A stretch of DNA of 64,000 nt, taken from assembly GCA_963575745.1 (NCBI GenBank), contig CAUYUJ010000001.1:1488001-1552000 (forward strand), in the 5' to 3' direction. A program made the position numbers and the translations under genes. Below, one piece after another: positions 50,627-60,670 of the stretch. Positions within the stretch are counted from its first letter, which is position 1, and each line of letters opens with the position of its first letter. The stretch comes from Prorocentrum cordatum (taxonomy: Eukaryota). The notes beneath the pieces were generated by a model. The model did not search any database. It saw only the letters and a program-made list of their open reading frames with translations, and was not told the origin of the DNA.

Positions 50627-51135
50627 ATGGCGGCAGAGGACGACCGCCCAGCGAAGCTGCGGCGGCTGTCCCGCCTTCGCGCGGAACTGCCATTCATGCA
50701 TTGTAATGCGATGGCGCAATTCCTGGCGTCCGTTAAGCGAGACGGAATCCCCGAATTGGGATCCCGACGCCAGGATATCAGAGACGCTCGGGAGCTCATG
50801 GTCGGTGAGAACACGCCGTGCGGCAAGCTCCACCAGAACATGATAGTCGGGCAGCACACGGTGGAGATCTGCAGTCCAGCAGCAATGCTGTGGTATTGCA
50901 GCGCCCTCCCCGCGATGCAGCCTCTGTGGCAGCGGGCGCTGGAGCTGCCACGCCCGTGGCACATCATCATTTACGGCGATGAAATAGGCGCTGGCAACGC
51001 GCTGGCGCACGTGCAGAACCGCAAGTCCTGGGGCATCTACTGGACGATCGCGGAATTCGGCCCGCAGGCGCTTTCGTCGGAGGACTTTCGCGATAGCGTT
51101 GCTGCAGCAACGATATATGCGGGGGGGGAGGGGGG

Positions 51136-51218
<83 letters not shown>

Positions 51219-53123
51219 CGAGAGAGAGAGAGAGAGGCGCTGCAGCGCCAGTTGTGCTGCGATTTGTTCGCAGGATGCGTGGTTCCAGCTCGCGACGATG
51301 CGGGCCAAGACCGCGAACGACATCCAGCCGCACGGACTGACGATGCTACTGGACGCAATCCTCGCGCAGTTCTGGCCTGATCAGGGGCGCAACTTCAGCG
51401 CAGGCATCAGCTTGCGGCTGCGCCCCGACGGCGCGACGGAGCTCATCCAGATGGACCTCGGAATTTACATGCAGCCGCTGCAGCGGTCGCCGCATAGCAC
51501 CCAAGATTAGTTAGCTTACATGTGCACATGTATATATCCATTACGCCTTCTTGCGTCGCTGCAGCGGCTCTGTCGGATCGCGGACGAGGATGCAATGCAC
51601 CGCTTGATCGGAATGAAAGGTTCGTCAGGAATCAAACCATGTTTTATGTGCCGCAACGTGTTCTTGAAGGGCGAAGTTCGGGATATAGTTGCTTCTGATG
51701 CGACGGGTGTCGCTGTTCACCACTCGGAACCAGATGCGTCGCGGCTGCAGCCGATGACGGCGCCGTTGCTCGATGCCATCTGCAACAGATTGATCGAAGG
51801 GGTCAACATCATGAACAAGGGCGAGTTCCAGGAGTTGGAGCGCCGACTCGGCTGGAACTGGGACCCCCATTTGCCTGAGCGGGTTCGGAAACTCAAGCCG
51901 CTCGAGACAGTCATGTTTGATTGGATGCATTGTATTTTCGTCAACGGTACATATAACATTCTGGTGTTCCAAATGTTTCGAAGGTTGAAGGGTTACTGGG
52001 CGCGCGCAGACGCATATTTCCAGGACTGGTCGTTTCCAGGGCGCCACTCCATCTCCCCCGACACGTGCGCGATCTTCGGCGAGAAGCGCGTGAGGTCCCA
52101 CGTTGACAGCAAGCATTTCAAGTGTACCGCCAGCGAGGGGCTCACAACCATGCAAGTATCATTGCATGCTTCGCGCCCCCGCCAGACCAATAATACATGC
52201 GCTGCAGCGCACGTGAATTTCTGTAGGATATGTACTGCACCCCTCTTGTTCGGACATGCGTTCGCGCGGGCGGATTGACGTGTTTCTTCAGGGAGGTGGC
52301 TAGCGACGCTGCAGCGCCTGCAGTCCGATCGGCTTGCGCAGTGTTCGAGGCGCACACGATCGTTGTGGAAGAAATCCTACGAGTATCCAGGCGTCAGGCA
52401 GACGCGGATAAGCTGCAGGCTGCGGTTAACAGGTTTTTGCTGTCATACAGCAGCGTCTTTGGCAAGGAAACGATGGCGCAGAAGTTCCATTACCTGCACC
52501 ACTTCGCCAACTACGTGAGGCGTTGGGGCCATGTGGCGCTGCCGTCGTGCTGGGTTTTGGAGCGCAAGCACAAGACCAGCAAGCGCTTTGCGAACGCTCT
52601 TCAGGTGGGGGCTGCAGCCTCCAGCGGCTGGGACGCCAATGTCCTGAAGAGCGTCACCGAGCGGCACCTGTGGCAGCTCATGGATGGCGGCACCTTTAAG
52701 GTTAACTGCCTGGTTAACGCCACCAGGCCGTCCAAGGCCATCTCGCGCGAACTGCTGCAGCAGTTCGGGCCTGCGGACTTTGTTACGTCCGCTGCAGCGC
52801 GGCGCCGCTACCACGACGTCAAATACGGCGACGTCGTGCTGTTGGAGGACGGAGGAGGGGAACACATTGCGGCCGAGGTGTTGAAACACCTCTCCTTCAC
52901 CAAGAACGGCCACTACTATGGCTTGAGCTTGGTCCTGCCCTACTTCTTCAAGGAGAAGCTGCACCCGCGCGCCTCCGCGCACGTGCTTGGCGGCGATGCC
53001 GACGCCTTTTGGGCGCACACGGCGAGCATCGTGTGCTCGCTCGCGTGGGCGCCGCGCGAGGGCGGCGGCATCCGAGCGGCGCGCCCGATATGGTCGCAGC
53101 CGCGGTGGTGCGCTTTAGCCTAA
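50627..53123 (+). CDS. CMC/EnSpm-family DDE transposase, four predicted exons
   Basis: IIIYGDEIGAGNAL..RKSWGIYWTI; ADEDA..GMKG...PCFMC; FDWMHCIFVNG; KFHYLHH...RRWG...CWVLERKHK. Intron 1 is GA-AG at 51083-51273 (LSSE|DAWF). Confidence 0.85.
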
Positions 53124-53848
53124 AACGTGGATTCCTTACTGGCGCTGCAGCGCACTTTTTTACATTGCTAAATGCTTCGGTGCTGCAGCACCTGAACGTT
53201 GCATGGTCGACGACTCCTCTTCTCCGCCTTGAAAACGTGGATTCCTTCTGCATTGCGCTGTAGCGCACCTTTTTCATTGACACTTCGGTGCTGCAGCACC
53301 TGAACAGTGCATGGTCGCCGATTCCTCTTCTCCGCCTCGTTCCTCCTCCTCCTCTTGCGCTGCAGCGCTAATGTCGTTGATCAGTGGTGCGGTCGTTCAA
53401 ACTCCTCCTTCCCCGCATCCTCCCCCTTCTCCCCCTCCTCCTCCTGCTCCTACTGCTGCTCCTCCTCCTCATCTTGCCCCCCCTCCCCTTCTCCTCTCCC
53501 CCCCCCCCCCCCTCCATCCTCTGACGAGGGTGGCGTGTGGGGGGGGGGGAGGGGGGGGCGAAGGGGGGGGGGGGGGGGGGGGGAGGAGGAGATTAAAGGG
53601 GGGGGGGGAAGGGGAGAGGAGGAGGAAGAGGAGGAGGAGGAAGCACGAGGAAGGAGGAAACGACGAGATAGCTCAGAGCGAGAGGAGGATGGGAGGGGGA
53701 TGGGGGGGGCGGGGGGGGGAGGCGGAGGACGAGGAGGAGGAGGAGGAGAGAGGAGGAGGAGGAGGCATGGGGAGGAGGCTGAGGAGTGGAGAGAGAGGGA
53801 GGAGCTAGGGGTAGGAGGCAGGTGGAGGAGGAAAGGAAGGAAGGGGAT

Positions 53849-53879
<31 letters not shown>

Positions 53880-54301
53880 TGGGGGGGGGGGGGGGGGGGG
53901 GGGGGGTGGGGGAGGGGGGGGGGGGGGGGGGGGGGGGGCGAAGGGGGGAGCGGAGGCTTAGGAAGGACAGCGGAACGTAGGCGGTGGCACTTAGGAGGCG
54001 CTTGGCTTGAGGATGGCTGCCGAGTGGTGTGTGTTAGGGCGTATATGAAACATGATGACGAGGGGAGGAGGGCGAGAGGAGGAAGGCGCGGAGTAAGGGG
54101 ACGGAGGGGAAGGAAGGGAAGGCGGAGGAGGAGGTAAGGAAGAGGAGGAGGAAAGGAGGAGGAGATGGAGGGAAGAGGAGGGAGGGGGAGGAGAGGAGGA
54201 TGAGGTAGAAGGATGAAGGGGAGGAGAGGAGAACGCCGCCCGCGCGCGTGCGGCTTACAGGCCGCGCGGGGGGCGCGCCCTCCCTTTTCCCTTTGCTTCG
54301 C

Positions 54302-54428
54302 GGCTCGGGATCGCCATCGAAAAACATATCAAGGCATGTTTTTCGATGGCGACCCCGAGCCATGGGGCAGTCTCATCTCGGAGGACCCCTCGGGGATGTC
54401 GGGGATCCTCCTCGACACCCCCGAGGGG
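54302..54428. other. Two adjacent long inverted repeats (hairpins)
   Basis: 54302-54327/54336-54361 (25/26 paired) and 54386-54405/54409-54428 (18/20). Confidence 0.85.
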
Positions 54429-54914
54429 TGGGACGGGCTCGGCAGCCATCGGCCGTCGCACGTCGGTCGTCCCCCAAACCCTCTGGGTTGTGGACGACGG
54501 CTCCGTGCGGTGGGCCGCTCTGGCTGCCGAGCGGCGCGCGGGGACCCCCCGCCGCCCGCGCCAGCGGCAATGCCGCTGGAGATGGCGGCGCAGAGCGCGG
54601 CGCAGGCGAACTTCGCCTGCGCCGCGCTCAGCCGCGCCAGGCTGCCGCTGGACGCGGCGGCATTGCAGGGTCGCCGCGGCCGAGCGGCCGTCTTGGCGGA
54701 GGCGCGCCCGTCGCCGCCTCCGACGCCGCCTCCCCTTTTCTCCTCCTCCTCATGACTCCTCCCCGTCCTCCTCCCTACTCTCCTCTCCTACGACACTCTC
54801 CTCCTTCTCCTCCTCCTCCTCCTCCTTCTCCTCCTCCTCCTCTCTCCCCCTCCTCTTCCTCCTCCTCCTCCTCCTCCTCTTCCTCCTCCTCCTTCTCCTT
54901 CTCAGAGTCCGCGA

Positions 54915-55257
54915 ACCACTTAGTAAGTCCGCTAACCACTCAGTAAGTAAGCTAGCTAGCGGACTTACTATGTGGTTACTAAGTGGTTAGTAAGTGGTTA
55001 CTGGGTGGTTACTAAGTGGCAGCTAAGTGGTTACTAAGTGGTTAGTAAGTGGTAGCTAGAGTGGGGACTTAGCGAGCTAACCTCTACTAGAGACTTAGCA
55101 AGGTTAGCCTCCAGCTATAAGTGGTTAGTTTCTCCTACTAACCAGTTGTAGCTGGTTATACAACTTACATCAGACTTACAACACTTATAACCTACTTACA
55201 ACTCACTTGTACGTACATACTAAATCCTCTAACCCCCTAGTATCCGCGCTAACCACC
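54915..55257. repeat. Right subterminal repeat region (ACTAAGTGGTT/ACTTA motifs)
   Basis: Same motif vocabulary as 37134-37362. Confidence 0.85.
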
Positions 55258-55281
55258 TAGCAGCCGCCGCGGCCATCCAAG
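55258..55281 (-). repeat. Right terminal inverted repeat
   Basis: Reverse complement is CTTGGATGGCCGCGGCGGCTGCTA. Confidence 0.95.
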
Positions 55282-55283
55282 TG

Positions 55284-56470
55284 AGGGTGATCCCGATGGG
55301 CTGGAAGCTTTCTCTGTGGGCCCGCCAGCAGGTGTTGGAGCATCGGGCCCGCCTCGTTCCCGGACTTGCCGAAGAGAACGCTGTCGTTGATCGCCTTCCC
55401 CCTCCCAGCCTGGCGCCTCTCGCTCGCGCCGAGTATGTCGATGACTTTTTCGCTTTCGGGAAGGATCAAGAGGTCGTCAGAGCCGTGGCTGAGGGAGCGC
55501 AGCAGGAAATTGGAAAGGTGGACCATCCTACCCGCCCCATGGAGGCAGGTCCAGGCGCCACTACGCTAGGATGGACCCTTGCTGAGGAGAGCGCTTCGGT
55601 CGGGCGGAGCCCCCGTATTGCGTGGAAGATCCGTTTGGCAATCCAGCATATTCTTGCCAGGGGAACGCTAGTGGTGGCGCGATGACCATTTTTGTGTCCC
55701 AGTATACTACTCGAGCTCTTCTGCGCCGTGAACTGTTGAGTGCGTTCTCTGCTTGTTATTCCTTCGCAGCTGCCGCTGGGCCCCATCGCCGCCGGTTGCG
55801 GGGCTCTGTTCGACGTGAACTTGGCTGGGCTGATGGGCATATACTTCTCGCTTCTCGGGACCATGGGGCGGCCTGGTCCGAAGACGCCCTGGCCGTCGAC
55901 GCGTCGCCTTGGGGGGGGGGGGGTTGTATTGTGCAGCAGAGGGTGCCGCTCGACATCGTCAAGTCGCTCGGTCGTTTCAACGAGAGGTGGAGGTTTGCTC
56001 GGCAAGATGACTTGGGTTATTGTCCTCGGGATCATGCTCTTTCGCTGGCTACTCTTGGAGGATTTGCCATCGACGGTCTCGACGGTCGAGTTCCAGAGGT
56101 CCCCTCAGTCCCCAATCAGCTGCCCGGCCCCTTGGACTTCCCTGACGTCGGCTCCGACGTCTGGGATGGGGAATGGCGCCGCGTCCAGGCTAAGAGGCGG
56201 GCCCGTTCGGAGGCCCAGGTGATCCTCGAGGGCCGCGCCATGGTCTTGGCCCACCTCCACAAAACGAGAGCCCTGAGCAACTTCGGGAAGCGCCACCTGT
56301 TCTTGGGAGACGCCATGGCCAGCATCCTTGCCGTGCCCAAGGGGCGATCAGCTTCGAAGCTGATGAGAGTTTGTCGGCAGATATCCACCCTGAACCTGGC
56401 CTTCGGCATGACCTCTCGCTGGCGCTGGATCCCGTCTGAACGCAATCCTGCTGGCCGCGGCTCAAGATGC
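55284..56470 (+). pseudogene. pol 3' part: RT C-half and DIRS-type RNase H
   Basis: VIPMGW, EYVDDF, TLGW; AVDASPWG, ILEGRA, LGDAM...KGRS, WIPSERNPA. Frameshift near 55670. Confidence 0.9.
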
Positions 56471-56839
56471 AAGAAGGGGGATTGGGCTGAAGCTTCGCCC
56501 CGGCCCAGAGAGGCCGATCCGCCGCCGATCTCTCTGCCAGCGCCTCGCCGTGCTCCGGTGGGCGGGGGCGCCTGCGGCCAGCGAGACCCGAGACCGCCGT
56601 GTCCGCGCGTTCGCCGCGCGGCTCTGGCGGGCCGTCGGCGACGTCGGCCCCGCCGACGAGCTCGCACTCGGCCCGGCCCGGGCCGGCCCCCTCGACCCGG
56701 CGGAGCCTCCGCCGGCGACCAGCGGCGAGTCAGCCGCTGCCCCCCCGCGGGATCGAGGCGGACCCGCGAGCCGATCGAGCAGTTCGGCGCCGGAGGGGCT
56801 GCGGCGAGGCGCCCGCGACCGACGAGCACGGCCCGACCA

Positions 56840-57420
56840 TGCTCGAGAGGCGCAGTGAGAAAGCCCCAGGAGGCCCGGTACAAGCGCATCGTGAGCCTGT
56901 TCTACCAGTGGTGTGTGACGACGGGGATGGCGATCAACAACAATTGGCAGCTCGTCTCGGCGGTGACGTGTTCTGCACCCGGCCGCCCGAGCTCCTCCGC
57001 CTGCGGGCGAAGAACGCCGCCCCGCCGCCACGCGGCGGCCCGCGGGCTCTCGCCCTCTGGACCTTGCTGCTGAATGCGTCGGAGTACAGCACCCCGCCCA
57101 AGACAGGCGAGTTCGACGAGTCGCTGGGCCACGACAACCTGGGCTTCTCGTGGGCGGGCGGCTCCCTGACCTTCCTCCGGGCCGGCCGCGGCGGCACGCA
57201 GCCGCTGCTCGACTTGAAGTCCGCGACCTGGGCCGCCCTATCCACCCCGGCCGCGGTCGACGCGGGCCTCGGCACTCTGGGGCCGCCCGCGCCGCGCCAG
57301 CTCTGCCACGGGGGGGCCAGCCACGAGTTGGCCACCCGCGCCCGCCCGCTCGCCAACATCAAGTAGCGGGGGCGATGGGCGTCAGACAACAGCTTGTGAC
57401 GGCATGAGAAGAGCGGCCTG
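56840..57420 (+). pseudogene. Tyrosine recombinase remnant
   Basis: KTGEFDES, RQLCHGGASHE (decayed HxLRHGGAS), RGRWASDNSL*RHEK; several stops and shifts. Confidence 0.8.
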
Positions 57421-57437
57421 CTGCCCGCGCCGCTGCT

Positions 57438-58166
57438 GTGGGCGACGGAGGCCGCGCAGCGGCGGGCCCGCGCAGCCGCGGCCAGCATCGGATCCAGGAT
57501 CTTGAGGATGCCGTCCGCCGCGCGTCGCTGAGTGGACCCCCGACTGCCCTCGAGCTTTTCTTCGGGTCGGGCAACTTTTCTTGCGCGTGGCGCCGATCTT
57601 GCCTGAAACGCATCGAGATAGTTGAGGTCGACTTCCGACATAGCGCGCACTTCGATCTGTTGAATGAGATTCTTGTTCGAAAAATTCGGGGCTGGGCGCG
57701 CGCTGGTTTGATCGCTGCTGTCTGGCTGGCTCCTCCATGCTCCTCCTTCTCGGCCCGCCGGTGCTTCTTTTCGCCGGTTCCGTCCCGGGCCTTCCCTCTC
57801 GGCCTCCCCCCGCTCTCTCCGACAGACCTGCGCGTCGTCAACATAGCCAACCGTCTGTGTGCAGCTGCCTCCAGTCTCCTCGACCTCTGCAGGGGGCTGG
57901 GCATCCTTTGTGTTGTCGAGAACCCCCACACCAGTCTTCTGTGGAATGTAAGAGCGTTCGAGAAGTTCGCCAAGACCCAGGGCGTCGATATTTGCGTCGC
58001 TGACTACTGCGCCTGGGGACCCCCCTGGCGCAAGCGCGCCGGGTTTCTGCGCGCCCACCTCGCGCAGCCATCTCAGTGCAACCTGCCGCGGCCGGGGTGT
58101 CTGCTCTTTCTCTGGCAAGCGACGCGTCGAGAGAATTGGCAACCACCCCTGTGGCGTCGATTATAG
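57438..58166 (+). CDS. C5 cytosine DNA methyltransferase-like ORF of the retrotransposon, probably decayed
   Basis: ALELFFGSG (motif I), WLAPPCSSFS (IV, catalytic PC), VVENP (VI), YCAWGPPWRKR (VIII). Confidence 0.8.
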   Translation: MGDGGRAAAGPRSRGQHRIQDLEDAVRRASLSGPPTALELFFGSGNFSCAWRRSCLKRIEIVEVDFRHSAHFDLLNEILVRKIRGWARAGLIAAVWLAPPCSSFSARRCFFSPVPSRAFPLGLPPLSPTDLRVVNIANRLCAAASSLLDLCRGLGILCVVENPHTSLLWNVRAFEKFAKTQGVDICVADYCAWGPPWRKRAGFLRAHLAQPSQCNLPRPGCLLFLWQATRRENWQPPLWRRL

Positions 58167-58301
58167 TAAGCTCTCGGAGCCGTGCCCTCCTCGTCTGCGC
58201 GCTGTCGTTCAGAGCCTCGCTGACGCAATCCTCTGCCCGCTATCCCAACCATTCGGCTGATTATATCAAGGCCTGCGGCCAGAGTGCACTTTGGGCCAAT
58301 T

Positions 58302-58434
58302 TCGGAGTTGTCGAGTCGCCGAGCTTGGAACTGACCCAAGTCGGCCTCTTGCTTTTCCGTTCCCGGCTGCCAGGCGAACGGCTACTGGAATGGCGTCTGA
58401 GCGCCCGCCTGGCCTCGGAGAAAATCAAGCTCAC
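58302..58434 (+). repeat. Split direct repeat B1
   Basis: TCGGAGTTGTCGAGTCGCCGAGC...AAGCTCAC, repeated at 58579-58731. Confidence 0.93.
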
Positions 58435-58537
58435 ATGCCGAGCGTTTGTCACGATCTTGTTTGTTGAAGTTTTCGGGGGATGGCCGCCTTGGGGTCGCGG
58501 GGCCTCGTCTCTCTCCGTGACTTTGTTGGCTTAAGCG
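58435..58537 (+). repeat. Split direct repeat A2
   Basis: Copy of 34588-34690 directly abutting B1. Confidence 0.93.
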
Positions 58538-58578
58538 CCCCCCCTTTATTTCCCTCCCTGCGGATCTGCAGAGAGGTC

Positions 58579-58732
58579 TCGGAGTTGTCGAGTCGCCGAG
58601 CTTGGAACTGACCCAAGTCGGCCTCTTGCTGTTCCGTTCCCGGCTGCCGGGCGAACGGCTGCTCTTGCTGTTCCGTTCCCGGCTGCCGGGCGTCTGAGCG
58701 CCCGCCTGGCCTCGAAGAAAAACAAGCTCACA
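58579..58732 (+). repeat. Split direct repeat B2 (element 3' end)
   Basis: Copy of B1 with an internal CTCTTGCTGTTCCGTTCCCGGCTGCCGGGCG duplication. Confidence 0.93.
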
Positions 58733-59562
58733 AAGATATGCCCCCCAAAGGGGTTCGATTGAAGACGAAGAGGGCGGGTATCGAGGGTTTGGGAAATACG
58801 CGTTATTGGACACTCGAACAGATAAGGGCGAACAGTCTTGAATTGATGGTAGAATTTTCATTTCTGAAGAGTAATTATTGTTGGTCCCCCCCCACCGGTG
58901 CATACTGTTTTTTTCTGAATCAAAGTGTGCCCCTCGACGCTCGCACCTTGTTTTTTGACAGGGGAAGTCTTCATGCTCAAACTGGGCCCTTGGCCCCCGG
59001 GTTACAGCAACAACGGTTTCCGCTCGAGACGTCCTTACAGTTTAGCCACGACCCCCGCTCCCGCCCGAGACTTCCTCGCATTTTATTCAGGAATCGCGCT
59101 CTCGATCGGGATTTCCTTGTAATCTATTCTGGAATCGCTCTCCCGGCGCTCTGGAGTCGCGCTCTCGCTGGAGACTTGCTTGCAACTTACTGAAGAATCG
59201 CCTTGCGTTGGGATTTCCTGCAATTTGCCAAGCGCCGCGCTCCCGACACCCAAGCACCCAGGAGTCGCGCCCGTTGTGGCCCCATGTGCATGGCCTTCGT
59301 GGCCCCGCTGTCGCCGTTTGTGTCCCCTCACTGTCCTACGTGGCCCAGTTGCTACCCTCAGTGGTCCCATAGTTGCCTTTTGTTGCCCCGCATTATCTGC
59401 ACTTCGTGGCCCCCAGTCGTTCGCGCTCTTCGTGGCCCCATACGCATTCCCTTCGTGTCCCCGCTGTCGCCCTTCGTGGCCTACTTCGTGCCCTTCGTGG
59501 CCCTGCTGTCGTTCTCTCTCGCTCTCGCTTTCGCTCGTCGTCGCCGTCGTCGTCGTCGTCGC

Positions 59563-59606
<44 letters not shown>

Positions 59607-59986
59607 GGTCGGTCCCCTGTCCGTCTCTTTTGGGGTCGGGTCGACGGTCCGCGGCCGCCCCGCCGATCAGCGCTGCCGCTGGCCAGGCCGACGGTCCGCG
59701 GCCGCCCCGCCGCTTGCCGGGGCCCGGCCTGCAGGGAAGAAAGGTATACCCACCAAAAAGGGTTCGATCGAAGACGGAGAGGGCGGGTATCGAGGGTTTG
59801 GGAAATACGCGTGAATGGACACTCGAGCATATAAGGGCGATCTGTCTTACATATATTATTATTATTATTATTAGTGTTGTTACTATTACCATTATTATTA
59901 TCATTATTATTATTATTATTATTCGTACCATTATCATTATTAGTCTTTATTTATTTATTTATTTATATATTTATTTATTTATGCAT

Positions 59987-60021
<35 letters not shown>

Positions 60022-60670
60022 TTATTATCATCATTATTGCTATTATTGTTGTTGTTGTTGTTGAATTCACTGTTGAAGGATAATTTCTGTTGGTCCCCAC
60101 CTTCCGGTGCACATTGTATTTTTTCAATTGAAGTGCCCGTTCCGGCGCTCGCAGTCGGTTTTTTCAAGGGAAGTCTTCGTCCTCAAACTGTGTTGTTGGC
60201 CAACGTCTCCCGCTTGATATTTCCCCACAATTTAGCCAGGACGCCCGCTCCCGCCCGAGATTTCCTCGCATTTGATTCAGGAATCGCGCTCTCGCTTGGG
60301 ACTTCCGCACAATTGATTCAACAATCGCTCTGTCGGCGCTCTGGAGTCGCGCTCTCGCTGGAGACTTGCAATCTACTCAAGAATAGCGCCCTTGCGTTGG
60401 AATTTCCAGCAATTTACTTAAGCGCCGCGCTCCCGACACCCAGGCACCCAGGAGTCGCGCGCACGTTTAGGACTCCCCCATAGATTATTTAGGAATCGTG
60501 ATCTCGCTGCCCTTCGTGGCCCCGTTGCAGCCCTTCGTGGCCCCCTCGCTGCCCTTCGTGGCCCCGTTGCGCCCGTTCGTGGCCCCGTCGCTGCCCGTTC
60601 GTGGCCCCGTTGCAGCCCGTTCGTGGCCCCCTCGCTGCCCTTCGTGGCCCCATGGCACCCCTTCGTGGGG
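58733..60670. repeat. Host tandem repeat family, right part: units 58733-59740 and 59741-~60670
   Basis: Colinear with 33046-34587; the second unit has an (ATT)/(ATTT) expansion at 59850-60062. Confidence 0.85.

Larger units (their letters stand above)
37114..55281 (+). mobile_element. 18,168-bp CMC (CACTA/EnSpm/Mirage-type) DNA transposon with multiple cargo genes
   Basis: 24-bp TIRs with 1 mismatch; TG duplicated at 37112-37113 and 55282-55283; removal restores RT ...YPVL|RVIPMGW...; AT-rich subterminal repeats; EnSpm-like transposase. Confidence 0.93.
34588..58732 (+). mobile_element. Tyrosine-recombinase retrotransposon (DIRS order, Ngaro/PAT-like split direct repeats) carrying a DNA methyltransferase; ~6.0 kb after removing the nested transposon; decayed
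   Basis: A1...B1-A2-B2 termini; gag-like, RT, RNase H, YR and C5-MTase motifs; no TSD; flanks rejoin to match the empty site at 59740. Confidence 0.92.

Noticed and set aside
57438..58166. Methyltransferase as the partner of the GCTGCAGC palindrome (restriction-modification-like pairing)
   Set aside because: It belongs to the outer retrotransposon, which itself lacks the motif; adjacency results from nesting.
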